Assembly: GCA_000320545.1 (NCBI GenBank)
Contig: ADNK01001747.1
Location: 1-53,587 of the forward strand
From: Bigelowiella natans CCMP2755
Lineage: Eukaryota > Protista > Cercozoa
Reading direction: 5' to 3'
Length of the DNA: 53,587 bases
Under the pieces are notes generated by a model. It was not told the DNA's origin and searched no databases. It worked only from the letters and a program-made list of their open reading frames with translations. Below are positions 12,850 through 28,050 of the stretch, one piece after another. Positions within the stretch are counted from its first letter, which is position 1; every line of letters starts with the position of its first letter. The position numbers and the translations under genes were made by a program.

Positions 12850-14033
12850 ATGGCGCTGCACTACCAGCTTTCATTCGCTCTGCTCGCGGTTCTCGTAGCT
12901 TTCGTTCCATTCTGGGTATCCCCTCTCAAAGACTGCGTCCAAATTCCGGAATTGGCGTCACGCAAGCTTGAGTCTCTCGAAACGAATACGCTGCTTTCCG
13001 AGGCTGAACATCTATTCAAAGATGATCTTATTGGTGTACGATAGGCGTAGTAATAAGCATGCTGATATTCATCGAATGCAACAACTTCTCTGTTTACGCG
13101 GCGAGTGGTGCGCCATTGTATTCTCAATAGAAAGTGTTTCTTCCTTTGCAAAAATGGCAAAAATGATGCATGTTCGCTGACTAAATATTGACGACATCAA
13201 AAGGGCCCGAATCACTCGCAGTGGACTTGTCTGGCTCTCTTATAACTGGGCTTGCAGATGGGAGAATCGTGAAGATTTACGAGGAAGAGGTTGGTAAAAG
13301 GCTAAGGTACACTGTTCTTGCTCGCACAGGTGCCATTACATCGTACTACAAGACCGAAGAATAAAAACTGTACACGACAACAACGAGAATTTACCGCCAT
13401 TAATCAGTTTCAATAACGTCCCCTTTCCGTCCATCTTGCTGAACGACGCACCCTCAACTTAGTAACAATGCAGGTATCGATGACCCGAAGTGCGGCTCGA
13501 GCATTGAATTCGAGGAGGAATGCGGCCGGCCACTTGGTTTGGAGCTCATCAACAATGCGAAAACGCTCATTGTATTAGATACTAAGGTGACCCCACGTGC
13601 GAAATATTTAGAGAATTCGTACAAAGAATACGCACAGTCACAGTCAATGAAACACGCGATTGTTTTAGGGCACTAACTAGAAAGCCCAGAGCGTGGATAA
13701 GCTAATTAGTTATGTTCCGAGAGAATCTACATAATAAAAAACCCAGTTTGCTGCTTTCGTTCCCCATTAATTCAAAAGGGTGTTCTCTCCCTCGATATGG
13801 CCACGAATGAGCTCACAACTCTCGTAACACACTCGGATGACGGTGTTGCAATCACCCTCCCCAATGCTGTCGTGGAGGTGGGCCATTGTCCTCCGGAAGT
13901 CGTCATTTTGCCGTTAGATCTATACCTCTTTTCCCTATCCACAACCTCAAAGTCAAAGGATAATCCAAATCGCGCCTTTCGTTGCATTTGACAAGGGAGA
14001 GAAACCCTTTTTTCCTGGAGAAGAAGGAACTAG

Positions 14034-14079
<46 letters not shown>

Positions 14080-14355
14080 GGTCCACGATCGAGTACGCGA
14101 GCCTTTTTTTCATTAAATTCGGTTTTATATCTCGTCGCCCTTTGCCATATTGAGTTGTTGGATAAACTCAGTCGCACTATTGAGTTGTTGGATAAACGCT
14201 CAGTCGCACGACGGGAAGCTCCTTTACTTCACGGATACATCTCTTGTCCATCAGCGAAGGTTTAGCCGTAGTGGTAGTTGTGGTAGCAGTAGTGGTTGTA
14301 GTGGTAGTAGTATTAGTAGTATTAGTAGTATTAGCAGTAAGGACAGTAGTAGTAA

Positions 14356-14402
<47 letters not shown>

Positions 14403-14530
14403 AAGAGAAGGAGAGGAGGTTTACCTGAGCTAAATATCAATGCTTTTTTCATGATCGCTCTCTCCTTTGCCTTTGTACTCCCCCAGGCGAATTTTCTGGG
14501 CTGCTATGTCGGGTGCAAGAAATGGTAGCC

Positions 14531-14564
<34 letters not shown>

Positions 14565-15635
14565 AAGTAGTAGTAGAAGTAGTTGTAGTAAGAGTAGTTT
14601 TTATAAAATTCCTCTTCCAGGCCTCACCGTTGCCTATCTCCATGCGTCTTCGTCCCTAGCCTTCATTACCTTGATTACATGGCGTGAGATCTACATGTGT
14701 AAATGTACAAGCGCAGTGCGCAAGACCAAATCAATGATATCGTAAGATTGAAACATCATATATCACTAGATCTGCTTTAATACATTTTAGGAAGGCTGCT
14801 GGCTTATCATTTTGCGAATCAAACCGTCTCGGTATGCGTTGTATATCACGCGCGCAGTGTCGCTTTGACCGTGTGTACTGAACGTGAAAAGCTGTATTCG
14901 TTGCACTTAAAGGACTATAATGCAGAGAGGACATGTTTATGTAAACATGTAGAATGTGCTCAAAGTGCCTGGCTAAGTGCGGCTGTTTCCTCCAATATTC
15001 TAACCTTGTTAATACAAAAAAGGAACCCAACATCTTGTTCATAAAGCCAACTTTGAGACGTTAAGTGTGCGGCTGTTTTGCCATATCTACAGGTTGTTTC
15101 TGATGGCCTTTTCATGCCCAACGGACTTGTCCGCGAATACGACTCACCGTGCGTTGCGCTAATGGATTGTGGAATGCTTTGTCACTGCATAGCAGTTGCC
15201 AATACGCGAGCAATCCGTCAAAGCCGTGTGGTTTTGCTTCTACTATGCATGCATGCATGCATGCATGTATGAAATCACATGCGACACCCTTCTTTCCTAT
15301 AGGCCCCATAACCATCTCTTCTCGATATTTGATGATAGCTTCTTTCAGATGCGTGCTGATTGCCTTGACGATGATCGGTGAAATCAAACGGTGAGTGTTG
15401 CGGCAGATTTCACTCGAGTGAAATGGTGAGCGAAACTGGTATACCCGAAACAGGTATTGCCCGGAGGGTGACAAGGCTGGATTATCAACCTTTGCATCAA
15501 GTACAGCCTGATGTTTGTTTATGATTCTTCGCATGCTATTGCGGCAAGAGGATGATCCACGCATCTTATCATCGGCCTAATAAGACTTCGTGCAAATCAA
15601 AATAAATTACATAATGATACATTTATACACACATA

Positions 15636-15675
<40 letters not shown>

Positions 15676-15683
15676 GGAGAGTG

Positions 15684-15723
<40 letters not shown>

Positions 15724-16636
15724 AGATAGAGCGAAAGAGAGCCAGAGAGAGAGGTGAGAGATATGTATTTATAGTTGTATATGCATGTGTGCATGTGTGT
15801 GCATGTGTGTCTGTGTGTGTGTATAGTTGCCTCTTACAAGTTGGGTTCATCAAATATAACATTGGCTGCTGTGCGCAGATATTCCTGGCACATTGGACAA
15901 CATCAGGCAGTACGAGGATCCTTCCATAGGGATTCAAGCATATACAGTGGGAATCGGGTAGAGATACTAACCCCGCACTCTCCGGAGCATATGACAGCGA
16001 AACGGCAAATGGCATTCATTCTGACGTTGATTCTCTCGCGCGAAAACACGAGAAAAATCGTATTCCCAAGCGTGTACCGATGTCACTATTGCCCGCTCAT
16101 ATTGCATATTCTCTCAGGACTAAGATGGCCAAGCCGTTCTCCCTCCCCTGGTTCCTCGCTCCGTATCCTTCGTTCCGGCGCTGGATTTGCGGCTTGCCAG
16201 TACGTTCATGCTCTTTCGATAAGCCTTATTGTATTGTTGTGTGCATTTCACTGACATCTCCTCTCTCCTGAAGCATTGTGTATGGTGGGATGATAAACCC
16301 TGCACTCATGCGACTAATATATGTCTCGATGTATTAACGCTCACGATGAAGTATTAACGCTCGCGATGAAGGATCACGCGGCCTCGCACCGAGCTCCTAC
16401 CTATGCGATCTCTCCTTTTTGTATATTTGAGAAAACGAGCATGTTGTTAATCTTTTTCTTCTTCTTCTTCTTCTTCTACTACTACTACTACTTCTCTATA
16501 GATGCCATACGAATGGCTCTACAAGCTAGTCCCCAAGTATGGAATGATACTCTTTCTCGATAAGGATGGAAAAGTCGTTCAGACGCTGCAGGTTAAGTTG
16601 ATTGCCACGCATACACACAAACACACAGACAGCACA

Positions 16637-16677
<41 letters not shown>

Positions 16678-16838
16678 CGAATTCAGCGAGCAAATCCAGT
16701 CCACGCACCGAGCCGTGCTAGTATCATCTCGGTGCAGTTGATTCTGCCGCTGTTTTGATGCATAGCTCCTACATTTTCCCCATCTCTTAACGTCGCATTA
16801 TATAAATATTGCCATCGAAATCGCTGTCCATATTTGGA

Positions 16839-16881
<43 letters not shown>

Positions 16882-16897
16882 TATACGCACACACACA

Positions 16898-16947
<50 letters not shown>

Positions 16948-17145
16948 ACCGACGATTCAATGCAGGATCCTACAGGACGGACGTCGTGGATATCAGAAGC
17001 AGTAGTGAGCAATGGCTCTTTGTGGGCAGGGAGTTGGCTAAATCGTCACATCGTTCGCCTTCCTTGGAGCAGCAGCTCAGCCGCCACCGAAGGCTCGGCG
17101 TGGGGGGAGACGAGTGCGGCGCTTAGGAGCCTGATAAAGAGTTAG
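12850..17145 (+). CDS. Strictosidine-synthase-like / APMAP-type beta-propeller protein, multi-exon
   Basis: N-terminal signal/anchor [22 protein letters not shown], then [60 protein letters not shown] and TLQ|[17 protein letters not shown]: hallmark SSL/APMAP motifs in order. Confidence 0.92.
14148..14209. repeat. 30/32-bp tandem duplication spanning a splice acceptor
   Basis: tattgagttgttggataaac(g)ctcagtcgcac occurs twice, at 14148 and 14178. Confidence 0.9.
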
Positions 17146-17899
17146 GTGTACATTGATGAATCCATTCGCACTACGAGTGCAATGTGTAAATTTGTGTGCG
17201 CTCGGCATGTTTTAAGGCGTCATTTCGCTTTGAGGCACCATTTATATATAGCCCCTTATATTCTGCTTCAATCGAGAGAAAACGACTGTCTAGTTGTGGC
17301 GAGCATCGTCGCTGAAACGACTGCCTTTAAAGCAAGAGTCTAGTTGTCATTTTGAGGCGGATAGAATAATTTGTCATCCTGATGTAGGCTCATTATCATG
17401 TGTGGTGTGCATGTGCGCATGTGTAGACGCCATCACTCATGATTATTCTTTCATTAATAAACGTATTCTATTTCGCTATGCGTTGCAAAATGTGCATTTA
17501 TGCAAGCAATCAGCATCACTAGCTAGCTATCACACGTCTGTCATCGTACGTTAAAGTATAGTCATGATTGTAATGTTGTGTCGATTGTGCCTGCACATAC
17601 TAGCATACGCTAGTGCTGTCACTTGATAATTTCCAGCATGCACGCGCAGCAAAGCTTGCTGCATCAATTATGATATTGCATGTCAATTACATCAACGGTT
17701 CCTGTGATGCATTATGTGTAGCGCACGCAGCATACTATTGGAAATCTTGGTCAGATCTATAATAAGAAAGTCACGAAACGCTTATGCATTCCCGGTTACT
17801 AATAACATGTCCTCCCCTCCCAATCGTATGAAAAGGAACTGAAACGTATCTGGTGGGTACGTCGTATTGGGTGGAAAGCAATTCTCATTGCACGGTCGT

Positions 17900-18729
17900 G
17901 AGACCGAATTCCTCGAATATGGGCAATCAGCCATCCTTAGCATCCACATATAGCCATAGCCTCATGGCTCTTTTACCACCCACTCTTCTTCTTCTTCTGC
18001 TTCTCTTTCTTCATCCCTTTCTTCGAGTCTTCTTTCTCAAAGTCCACAAACGGCGCCGCGAAACCCAACGACCTGTAAGATGCAAAACCATGCGCAATTC
18101 AAAGCGGCGTCGTTGTAACCGTTTGTCCGAATAAACGCCATCATGGATACACATGCCTCGCAAATCCCACGCCTTTGATGCATTTCTTCTATTCTAGTCA
18201 TCTCAAACGTTATCTTGGACCGTACAATTTGGGCAATATATTGTACCAAATATTCCCATTGTATTGACTCTCACTGACACTTAAGTGTCGAGCCTTCTAC
18301 GTTCAAAAAAAAAAAAAAAAGCTGTGCAATAAGAACGCCGCGGCAATATAGTTGTCTTATCAGTCACTTACTTCCTTCGTCTCCACATGGCGGCGAGGTT
18401 TTGCACAGAGTATTGAAACGCGGTTCTCTGCATCAGATCAAACGCAGCACAGAAGATTCAGTAAATGATACACACCACAGCACGCGTGCACCATGAAACG
18501 TAAGTCTCAATCATCATCACTTCAAGCACAACGCATAGATCGTCCTGGATGTAGATACTGACCGCTCTTTGGCCCGCTTCGCCAAACTTCCCCACCACCT
18601 CCCAATTTGTCGCATTAGCAGCGAAGTGAAGCTTCTGTGAATATTAATAAAAACCCAAAAAAACAAAGATTCTTTTGAGTCACAGTGAGTATTTTAAGTG
18701 CGTCACTTGCACACAATGAAAACCAATGT

Positions 18730-18770
<41 letters not shown>

Positions 18771-18921
18771 GCAGTGCACGGCATTTCGATATGATGTTGC
18801 GCAAAAATACCCTGGAAAAGTGATGATGACCTTTTCACACATGGCCTTGATATCAACTTCAGCTTCAAGGACACTGCCGCTCCCCATGCTAGAGCTGCTG
18901 CACTCTTTTCCTTCATGAGAG

Positions 18922-18967
<46 letters not shown>

Positions 18968-19358
18968 CAAGGACAACATCAAGCATTTGACAGATCAGTC
19001 GCGGTCAGCAATAAGACTGCTTTTCGAGCGACGAGAAACTTGAGGATTAAGAACAACAGCAAAACGATTGCAAACAAGCACCGGCTTCTTCCTGTTAGCC
19101 AAAAGGGTTTTGATGGGTATATTTCCATTAAAAAAAAAAACCCAAAGCTTCTCAGTGTTGTCGATCGTGGAGGATTAGAAGAACAGTTATACCCGAGGAG
19201 ACGAACAAGAACAATTGCTAACACGCATAAAATCGCCTTCTAGTAATCTCCTTTGAAAATGCTGTATTCTGCTATTAACTTGCGTTTCATATGCACTTAC
19301 TGTTGGGATCATAAGGTCTGATGATGCCGTAAGCCTCCAGTGTTTGTCCTGAATTGAT

Positions 19359-19399
<41 letters not shown>

Positions 19400-19685
19400 G
19401 CACACATAGAGCACATACAAAACAAATGAATAAATACAAACATACCATATATTTATATATCGACTTATATTTATGTTATGCTGAAGTGCTTCGATGTATG
19501 CGCAAATCTACGATCTCCACCTAAAAAGATCGCATCTCTCGGGGAGGTTGATATCTTCGTAACATAGAGATGGCGAGTAAGCTCCTTTGCGACGAGGAAC
19601 AGCCTCCGCTGATTGGCCTTCTCGCTCCTTTTTCCCACGTGCTAAGGCGATTGCATCCACATTGCAAATAAAATATGCAAAATAT

Positions 19686-19727
<42 letters not shown>

Positions 19728-19920
19728 TATATATGTGCATACAATATACACCCTAGAATATACGTTTCGAACGAAAATTTAGACATCATTGCGCGAAGAG
19801 AAAGAGAGAAAAGCGACAGTAACAACAACAACCTTGGCAGCGTGCTGGCAAACGGCGATAAGATCCGATGTGTCCCTAGCAAATCGGTACAATTCAGTAT
19901 TGGGAGGTGTTTTTACAATA

Positions 19921-19958
<38 letters not shown>

Positions 19959-21519
19959 TGTATGTGTGTGTGTGTGTGTTTGTGTGTATATAACAAGGTA
20001 TACAACCTCTCATTCTTTCTCTCTCCCTCAGTGCAGGTGCAGGTGTATATGTGTGTGGTATGTGAGTGCGCGTGTATGCGTGTGCGTGTGTATGTCCCAT
20101 AATCGTTCGTCGTGCAATATATCTGTACTTTAGTCCAGAGTCAGATCTCGAAATGTCTATTCGTAAACACGCATAGAGATGTACTCAGCTATTCGTGAAG
20201 ACGCATAGAGATGTAATCAGCAGCAGGGCGAAGAACAGGCCCGGGCCCACCATGAAGTGCGACGCCCCGCGTCGCACTTCACAAGCATGCTAGCAACAAC
20301 ATCGGCACGCTGACGATCACCTTTCACATCAGGAGGCACTGTGCTTCTTGCGTCCTCGCTAAAGATGGTAAAGGGGTGGGATAGCGCATAAAATATCTTT
20401 GAGCAGGGGCGTGGCACTGCTGGTCATTTACTCGGAACGCAATTGAACATACTTGCATGCATATTTGACGATAGATTTGTACCGATAATCACCGACAAAA
20501 ACACTCGAGCACATATGCGTGCTGATGAGGAAACACCGACGAGTTGTAACAAGGCACATACGTGTGGCCTTCGCCGCTGACTTCGGTGTAAATCGACCTG
20601 ACCTGAGAGTGCGTGCGGAGACGCGTATTGCATGTACAAATACGATACAAGGCAATAGAAAATGCATATCACTGAACAGAGGTTCCCCAAAATACCACTC
20701 ACTAACGAAGACCGATTTCCAATATATTCCGTCTCGGATTGGCATTAGGAACGAGAAATCGTATAAATTTCATCACAAAAAACAACGCCATCGCTCATCA
20801 GATAGCAGCTCCGCGTAGTTCTCGCATCTAATCCCGGCCCTGGAGAATACAACAACACGGTCTGACTTTTGGTATGCGCATATATCGTTCAAAGTTGGGA
20901 ATTCCATTGACGCAAAACGACACGCGGTGATGCATTCTGGCCTTCAACGCAATCGATGAAGGCCTGACAGCGAAAGCAGAGAATACACATTTGGAATAGC
21001 ACTACTGCAGGCTCCGTCCTCCTCACCCGTACTGTGCGGCGCAAACGAGGGAGGTCACCGAGCAACCGAGTTCTCCTAACAATGAAAGAAGGCCTGAGAA
21101 GGTTCTCCACACCTTTTTGAGCTGTATATGATGCTCTCTCTCTATAGCTATCGGATAGTAATCGTAATGTGCTAAATCACATATATATATATATATATAT
21201 ATATCTATTCTCTCGCTCTCTCTCTCTCCCCCTCTCTCACTTACTCTCCCTTCTATCCACCCCCCCTCTCTCCCTCCTGCCAGATGTACGTAGAATGTGT
21301 ATATGTGTACCGAGAGCGTCCTCGGAATAGACAAGCATCACCTGTTATGGTACCATACACACGCCAGTGCACTATCATTATCAACATCACCATCATCATC
21401 ATCATTCATCATCATTTCCATGGGGGGGAAACAGCACAATGAGCGAGAATCGTGGTATACTTCGCTCCATGGACACACGGCAAGACAGATGAATGGTACA
21501 AAATGGGAATATAAACATA

Positions 21520-21559
<40 letters not shown>

Positions 21560-21568
21560 TAAACATAC

Positions 21569-21599
<31 letters not shown>

Positions 21600-22048
21600 G
21601 ATGATGATTCGTGCCGATATGTCGTTCTACTACCATATCAGCCAAGAAATGCACGTGCGCGCAAATCTGTATGATGACACCACCACATATCATCAACGTC
21701 CGACATCAACGTCAAGTATCGATATCGCTCATTGTCCTTGCATATGCGAAGGACACGTAACCAAACACACCTCTGGGATATCCGCAGCAATGAGGGAGAA
21801 CGCGATCACTGAAAGCAACGAGTCTGCATTGGCGCAGTGCCCTGGAACAACACAGCCGTCAGGTACACGTGGTTTGCGACAGTGTGCGTTGAAGAAGAAG
21901 TGTACGGAGAAGGAACCTCTTGGAAAGACGTTTGGAACGTCATGGATGAGTGCGAGTAAGCAATCGATTTTGCCCTGGACAACGATACAGAAGGGCTCAT
22001 CACGCACACGCCGTGGAATGCTCATGCACGTTTTGCGCGCGCAACATG

Positions 22049-22079
<31 letters not shown>

Positions 22080-22158
22080 TTAAGCATGCATAATCTCAAT
22101 AGTATATATATATATATATATTTATTTATTTATATATTTTTAGATGATATATATAAAT

Positions 22159-22202
<44 letters not shown>

Positions 22203-22778
22203 CAATGCGGCAAAATGGGGTGTGAGCGTGTATTCATATGAAAATCGTTGATGATAAGATAAGAACCAACGACGACGATGGTGACGATTATGATGACGAT
22301 GATGATGATAATGATGATAATGATGATAACAATGATAATAATTGTCCATGATGCTGCTAACAATGCAGCGAAAGAAAATTTGCTGCAGCAGCCGCATCAT
22401 CAGCAGCACTACCTTTAACCCTCCGTTATTTAAGAATTGCCCACCTGACACACCATCATCATCATCATCATCATCATCATCATTATCATCGTCATCATCA
22501 TCATCTTCACCCAAATCTAAGACGACGATTCGAGGCAGTGTGTAGAAAAACAAGAGCTGTAAAAAAACACCGTAGTAGCCGAAATACCAGGAAATACAAC
22601 TGAAAGCTACAATAGCTAATGCTGCATCATCAAAACATATCGATCGGAGAAGGGAGAACTACTGCTTGCCAATACACTGCCAAGCTTCTCTTTCTTTCTT
22701 TCTACAAAAACTCTTACTAAGCATGCTGCACGCAGGATACGCGCATCATCTATCGTCGTCCTCGCCATTAATACCATC

Positions 22779-22810
<32 letters not shown>

Positions 22811-24338
22811 TCTGTCTTGTCCTCTCTACTTTTCAATATTAGCGTGAGCGGTTTCAGTCGCTTCGCCACGAGCTCATGTTCCTTCCTAGTAGCATTAGCC
22901 GTTTCGCGTCTGTCCGCCCCCCCCCTCCCTTCTTCGAGCTCCTCGCCACCGCTGCTACCCTCCGTGCAACGACCGTCGCTTTCCTTCCGTAGATTTGTCC
23001 AATATTCCTGTTTTACCCGAAACCGATTTTAGTGCATTTTTCCAGCGGAAAACATCTGAAGCACATCGCTCGCCACAGTGCGACATACGTACCAGCAGGT
23101 CGGCCGATGCCGTCTTGTACACCTCTCGATACCTAGAGAGCAACAACAGAGCAGAGCGGAAACATGTTTTTACAAATGATCGAGCTTTGAATTTTGGCCA
23201 TGGTATCCGTCTATCCGTGCGCCGTGCGAGATACATGTGCGATTTGAAGGCGAAGATAGTACGGAGTTGGGTATTGGCTAACCACTCAAAGATGATTGAC
23301 TCCAGGTCTTTCAGCACCACGGGCCATATTATCTGTTTGTACGATGAGCAGCAGAAGTAGTCGTCAGAATAACACACACACACACACACACACGTGTATA
23401 CACACGTATACACACCCATGCACACGCACACACATACACACAAACACACGCGCGCTCGCGCATGAATGATTCAGACATGCACCGCACATCGCTGATGATG
23501 GGCAACTCTCTTTGTCGCAGGAAGAAAAGGCAAGGAAAGAAACACCTTTACACACGCTGGCACGAACATTTCTCTCATGGGAGCTGGATCGCGCCGAGAT
23601 TGAAGGGTCCCGTGCATGCGCCACATCGTCAATGCTGCCGCAACAACAGACAAATGCCAAAGAAAGCCAACCAAACGTAACGAGCGAGCAAACGCACACA
23701 CATAGTCGATTCTCAGGGTTCCACACTCGCGTTTTAACACTCTTCTTCTTCTTCTTCTTCTTCTTCTTCTTCTTTTTCTTCTTCTTCTCCCATATCTACA
23801 CATGACGCTGATGAGAAGCATACACACGCAAACACGCTACACCGTGGTGCCCGCTATTAGAGAGAAGGCGTATTCATTCGTACGCGGTCCAACATTAGCT
23901 ATTCGTTACGCTACCTAGTGTGTTCACGAACTCCGAAACCTGCAGAAGATGTTCGCGGAGCGTACGCTTTTTAACCACCTAAAAACGCGCATACACACAC
24001 ACACAAACACATAAGTATTATATAACACACACACACACACACACACACACATATTTATATCATAAACTAAATATATGCGTTGGCAATTAGTAGCTCTCGC
24101 ACCTCGTCCCTCTCGCGGCTCGCTGTCTTTGCCGAAGCCTTCCCTGTATACCATACATGCCCTTCACGATCATCATCATCAATCATCATCATAAATCAAA
24201 GAAGTCGGGGCGGTTGGGTAGCCTTCTTCCCCCCCCCTTCTACGGCTTACATTCATTCTGCATTCTTATGGTGCTCAACCAATGCAGTATAGACTACAAA
24301 CTAGGTAGTTCTATTATGGGATGTAGAGAAAGAGCGAG

Positions 24339-24388
<50 letters not shown>

Positions 24389-25709
24389 TGAGACAGTGAG
24401 AAAACGTAATCACCCCAAGGGTCACTCGACTTGGCAGCTGCTATTGACCTCGACTGCTTCATATCGGAGACGAACCGCATCACCATTTTCCTTTCAAAGA
24501 CACAAAATGGCAAAAGGCATCAATCAGATGGCTATGGCCTACTAGCCCAACCAGAGGTTGCTGCATAAGGGGCAGTTTCGGAAGAAAATCGTCTTCGGCG
24601 GCCATAGTAGCACAGCACAGGGCGAATAGCAGCGCCTCCGCTCCTAACCGCCGCACCGCAACTCTCGTTGTTTGCAAGTCGCATCATCTACATACAACAT
24701 CCGAAACGGTTTTGCATAGCAGTATGAGGGACCAACAGATGGCAAACGCGGCCGACCTGAAAGGAAGGTCCTCTGAGCTCAAAATCCACTCGCAATGCGT
24801 GGAAACCAACGCTATCAGCTCCTTCCTACACAACGCACAGCAGGGAAACAGCGGCATGCGGAAGGAGGACTCAGCGTGAATTAACATATTACGCGTGTCT
24901 ATAATATATAATGGTCAGCACAATGATGCAGCTAGCTGGCACCTACACCGCCACAACAACGCGAAAGACTCGCATGCGTGCTCGATTTTTTCAGAGGCTA
25001 TCAGCCAGCGAGCAAGTGGGTAAGTGCCTTTGCACGCCGCTCTTGTCCTGGTTGCGAACTTGCTTGAATCGAAGGAGAAACTTGACCTGCCGTGGTGATG
25101 ATGGTGATGATGGTGATGATGAGGAGGACGGGGACGGACTTCATTAGTATTAATAAATGTCAATCGATTGGCTAATAAGCTTGGTGCCTTTGCTCAGCAA
25201 TCCCCAATACAGAAGGCTGTTGATATAGCGACATGCCGTCTCCTGCCCCCCCCCCCCCCCCTTCCTCCCCGCAAACATGTTGTGCACCTCCCCGAAAAAC
25301 TGCCCTTTTGTTTTTGCCCCCCCCCTCCACCCATTGACATCCCCCTGGGGTATTTGTTTTTGTATTGGTGGAATTGGAGAAAGGGGCGACCGCCGAAACA
25401 AAAAAAAGAAGGCATAACTTGGGGCTGCGGAGCAACTATTCCTATCCCAAACATAATCTAAACTTATACATCATTTCACTCTTCCCAGATAGCTGTTTCC
25501 CCTTTGATCTCCCAATTCCCCACTTCTATTTTGGGGGGGGGGGGGGAGGGGATTCATATGAATCGCTATTACAATATGATTCGAGACTGTGTAGAGAACA
25601 AACTCGATGAGAAGCGAAACTTTTTGCTTTTACATTTTAAACTATTGGCATATTCCGATTTTTACACAGACACACACACACGTATATACACATTCTTTCA
25701 TATATGTGC

Positions 25710-25769
<60 letters not shown>

Positions 25770-26049
25770 GTGTGTGTGTAAAAGTGTGTATGTTTGTGTG
25801 TGTGTGTGTGTGTGTGCATAAGCTCGTATTTATCTATATTATCATGTTACACTCTACTGTATGCGTGTAGTGTGCACTAACGGATTCCGCCTTCTGAGCG
25901 CATCCCCCACGAGGTACTACACTGCTGTCAAACGACACGGCGGAGTGCGAGCGACGGCCATTCATGTGCAAGCTCTGAACGATGATAGGATTGGACAACG
26001 CCGGAAAGTAAAGATATGTGAGCACAAATAAACACACGCATACACACGA

Positions 26050-26087
<38 letters not shown>

Positions 26088-26764
26088 GCACACATACGCA
26101 CATACGAGCGCGCATTCGCGCTGGCGCGCTCTTGGACGTGATACAAGTTAATAACATAAACCATATTATCGAAAAGAAAATGAAAATGTAAATATATCTT
26201 CGCCATTGAAGATGACAACTCGTAAAAGCACAGAAGATGTAACAAATGTGCCCCCCCCCTCCTCCTTACAGCATGATGCCTTCTCTCTTCTTCCCTATGG
26301 AAAAATTCAAAGGTGTAAAGTAACCATTATCCACTACCCAAAATTCTTATGTCCGCCCCCCCTCCCGCCCCCCCACAAGCTAGATTCCTCAAAGCAGACC
26401 CCAGAATGTAACGAGAAAGAGCGGCTGTGCCGTTGATTCGCTCGGCGTTTCTTATCATCTTTTATGATGGCGATGTTCTCTTTTCCTCTCGATGCGCTTG
26501 GAAGAGGTGATGAGCACGTCGAGCGTGATCTTGTTCTTAAAGCAGCAGCAGCAGCGGCGGGAATGGGGGGAGGGGGGGTGGATGGAATGGGGGGCAAACG
26601 ATACGATAAACTTGCATATTTCTTTTTCGCGGCTCGGGCATGCGTGCTTCTCTTCGAGTGTATAGTAATGCACCGTGCCTTGTTGTGTTTTTAATAGCAC
26701 AACCCAACGATGATAAGAAGAAACGGGAAAAGGCGTTCAACGATTTTAGGGTAAAACAAACACA

Positions 26765-26813
<49 letters not shown>

Positions 26814-27193
26814 GCACGCGCGCGCACGTACATATAAATTTAAATTCGCGACAATTGAATTCAATCAGTATATGCATGTTTGTGTGGAAAACAAGAGATA
26901 AAACCACAAAGCGGTGAAGATGAAGATGGGTAATAATGAAGCAAAGTATACCAGGAATTAATATACAAGCATAGAGATGCCCCAAGATATAGATCAAAAT
27001 TTAGACATTCGTCCCATACATCAGGCATTCCAAACGCCAAAATAAGCCAGTTTACAAGAACCAATATACGACAAAACATGCAAAATCGCTTAACTTTCAA
27101 ACTTAGGAAATGGAAGAATCAATAAGATCTCAAGATCTCTCTCTCGCTCTTTATCTTTCTCTCGGTTTCTGTTTCTCTTGTGTGTCCGTCTCT

Positions 27194-27240
<47 letters not shown>

Positions 27241-27332
27241 TATGAATAAATTTTACACCTTTCCGGTCGTTTGCCTTGAAGTCTGCTGACCTTTTGTAGA
27301 AGGTGTTGGCTTTGCTGCCATACGAAACCCTT

Positions 27333-27375
<43 letters not shown>

Positions 27376-27378
27376 CAC

Positions 27379-27417
<39 letters not shown>

Positions 27418-28008
27418 CTTCTCGTACATAACAGAATCGTTGTTAAAACAACACCCGGCCCCAATCAAGCCCACTAGCTCACTTGACGGTACTTTCGTGA
27501 TGCCGGTGGGAGGACGAGGAGACGGAGGAAGATCTGCTTGGCTTTCCCTTCAACATATCCAGCTCGATATCGTCTCCCATCTGACTGCCAAGTTCCTCAA
27601 TTGTATCCGAACGAAGGGAATCCAGCTTCCCCTCGTGATAATACACGCTTTCATCGGCGCTGCAGCCGGCCGCAGATGGCAAAGGAGGGGATTAGAAGAT
27701 AACATACTTATCAGGCGCCCAGCAATGTATATTGGGTGTTATTGAAGGAGGTACGATTGATAAATACTGTTATGGTATGGGTGCTGATTGTGTGGTGGCT
27801 TACCCTGCTACTCCGGATTCTGAAAGGTGCGCTGCTGAGGCATGACGGCGCCGGATGTAGTCTATGATGTTGCCCTTCCCTGTTTGCAGCTCCGATATCG
27901 ATAGTGATGCAAACCACAGAAGATTCTGGTGGAGATATGCGTGTAAGGGGAGGAGGCAAGAACATAGGTTGTTACTTGCTTCACGAAGGTTCTTCAACGT
28001 TAATCGCG

Positions 28009-28050
<42 letters not shown>

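Noticed and set aside
24678-24700. In-frame TGA between two same-frame minus-strand ORFs (possible recoding)
   Set aside because: It sits just after a good donor (gtatgt) and is more simply explained as intronic.
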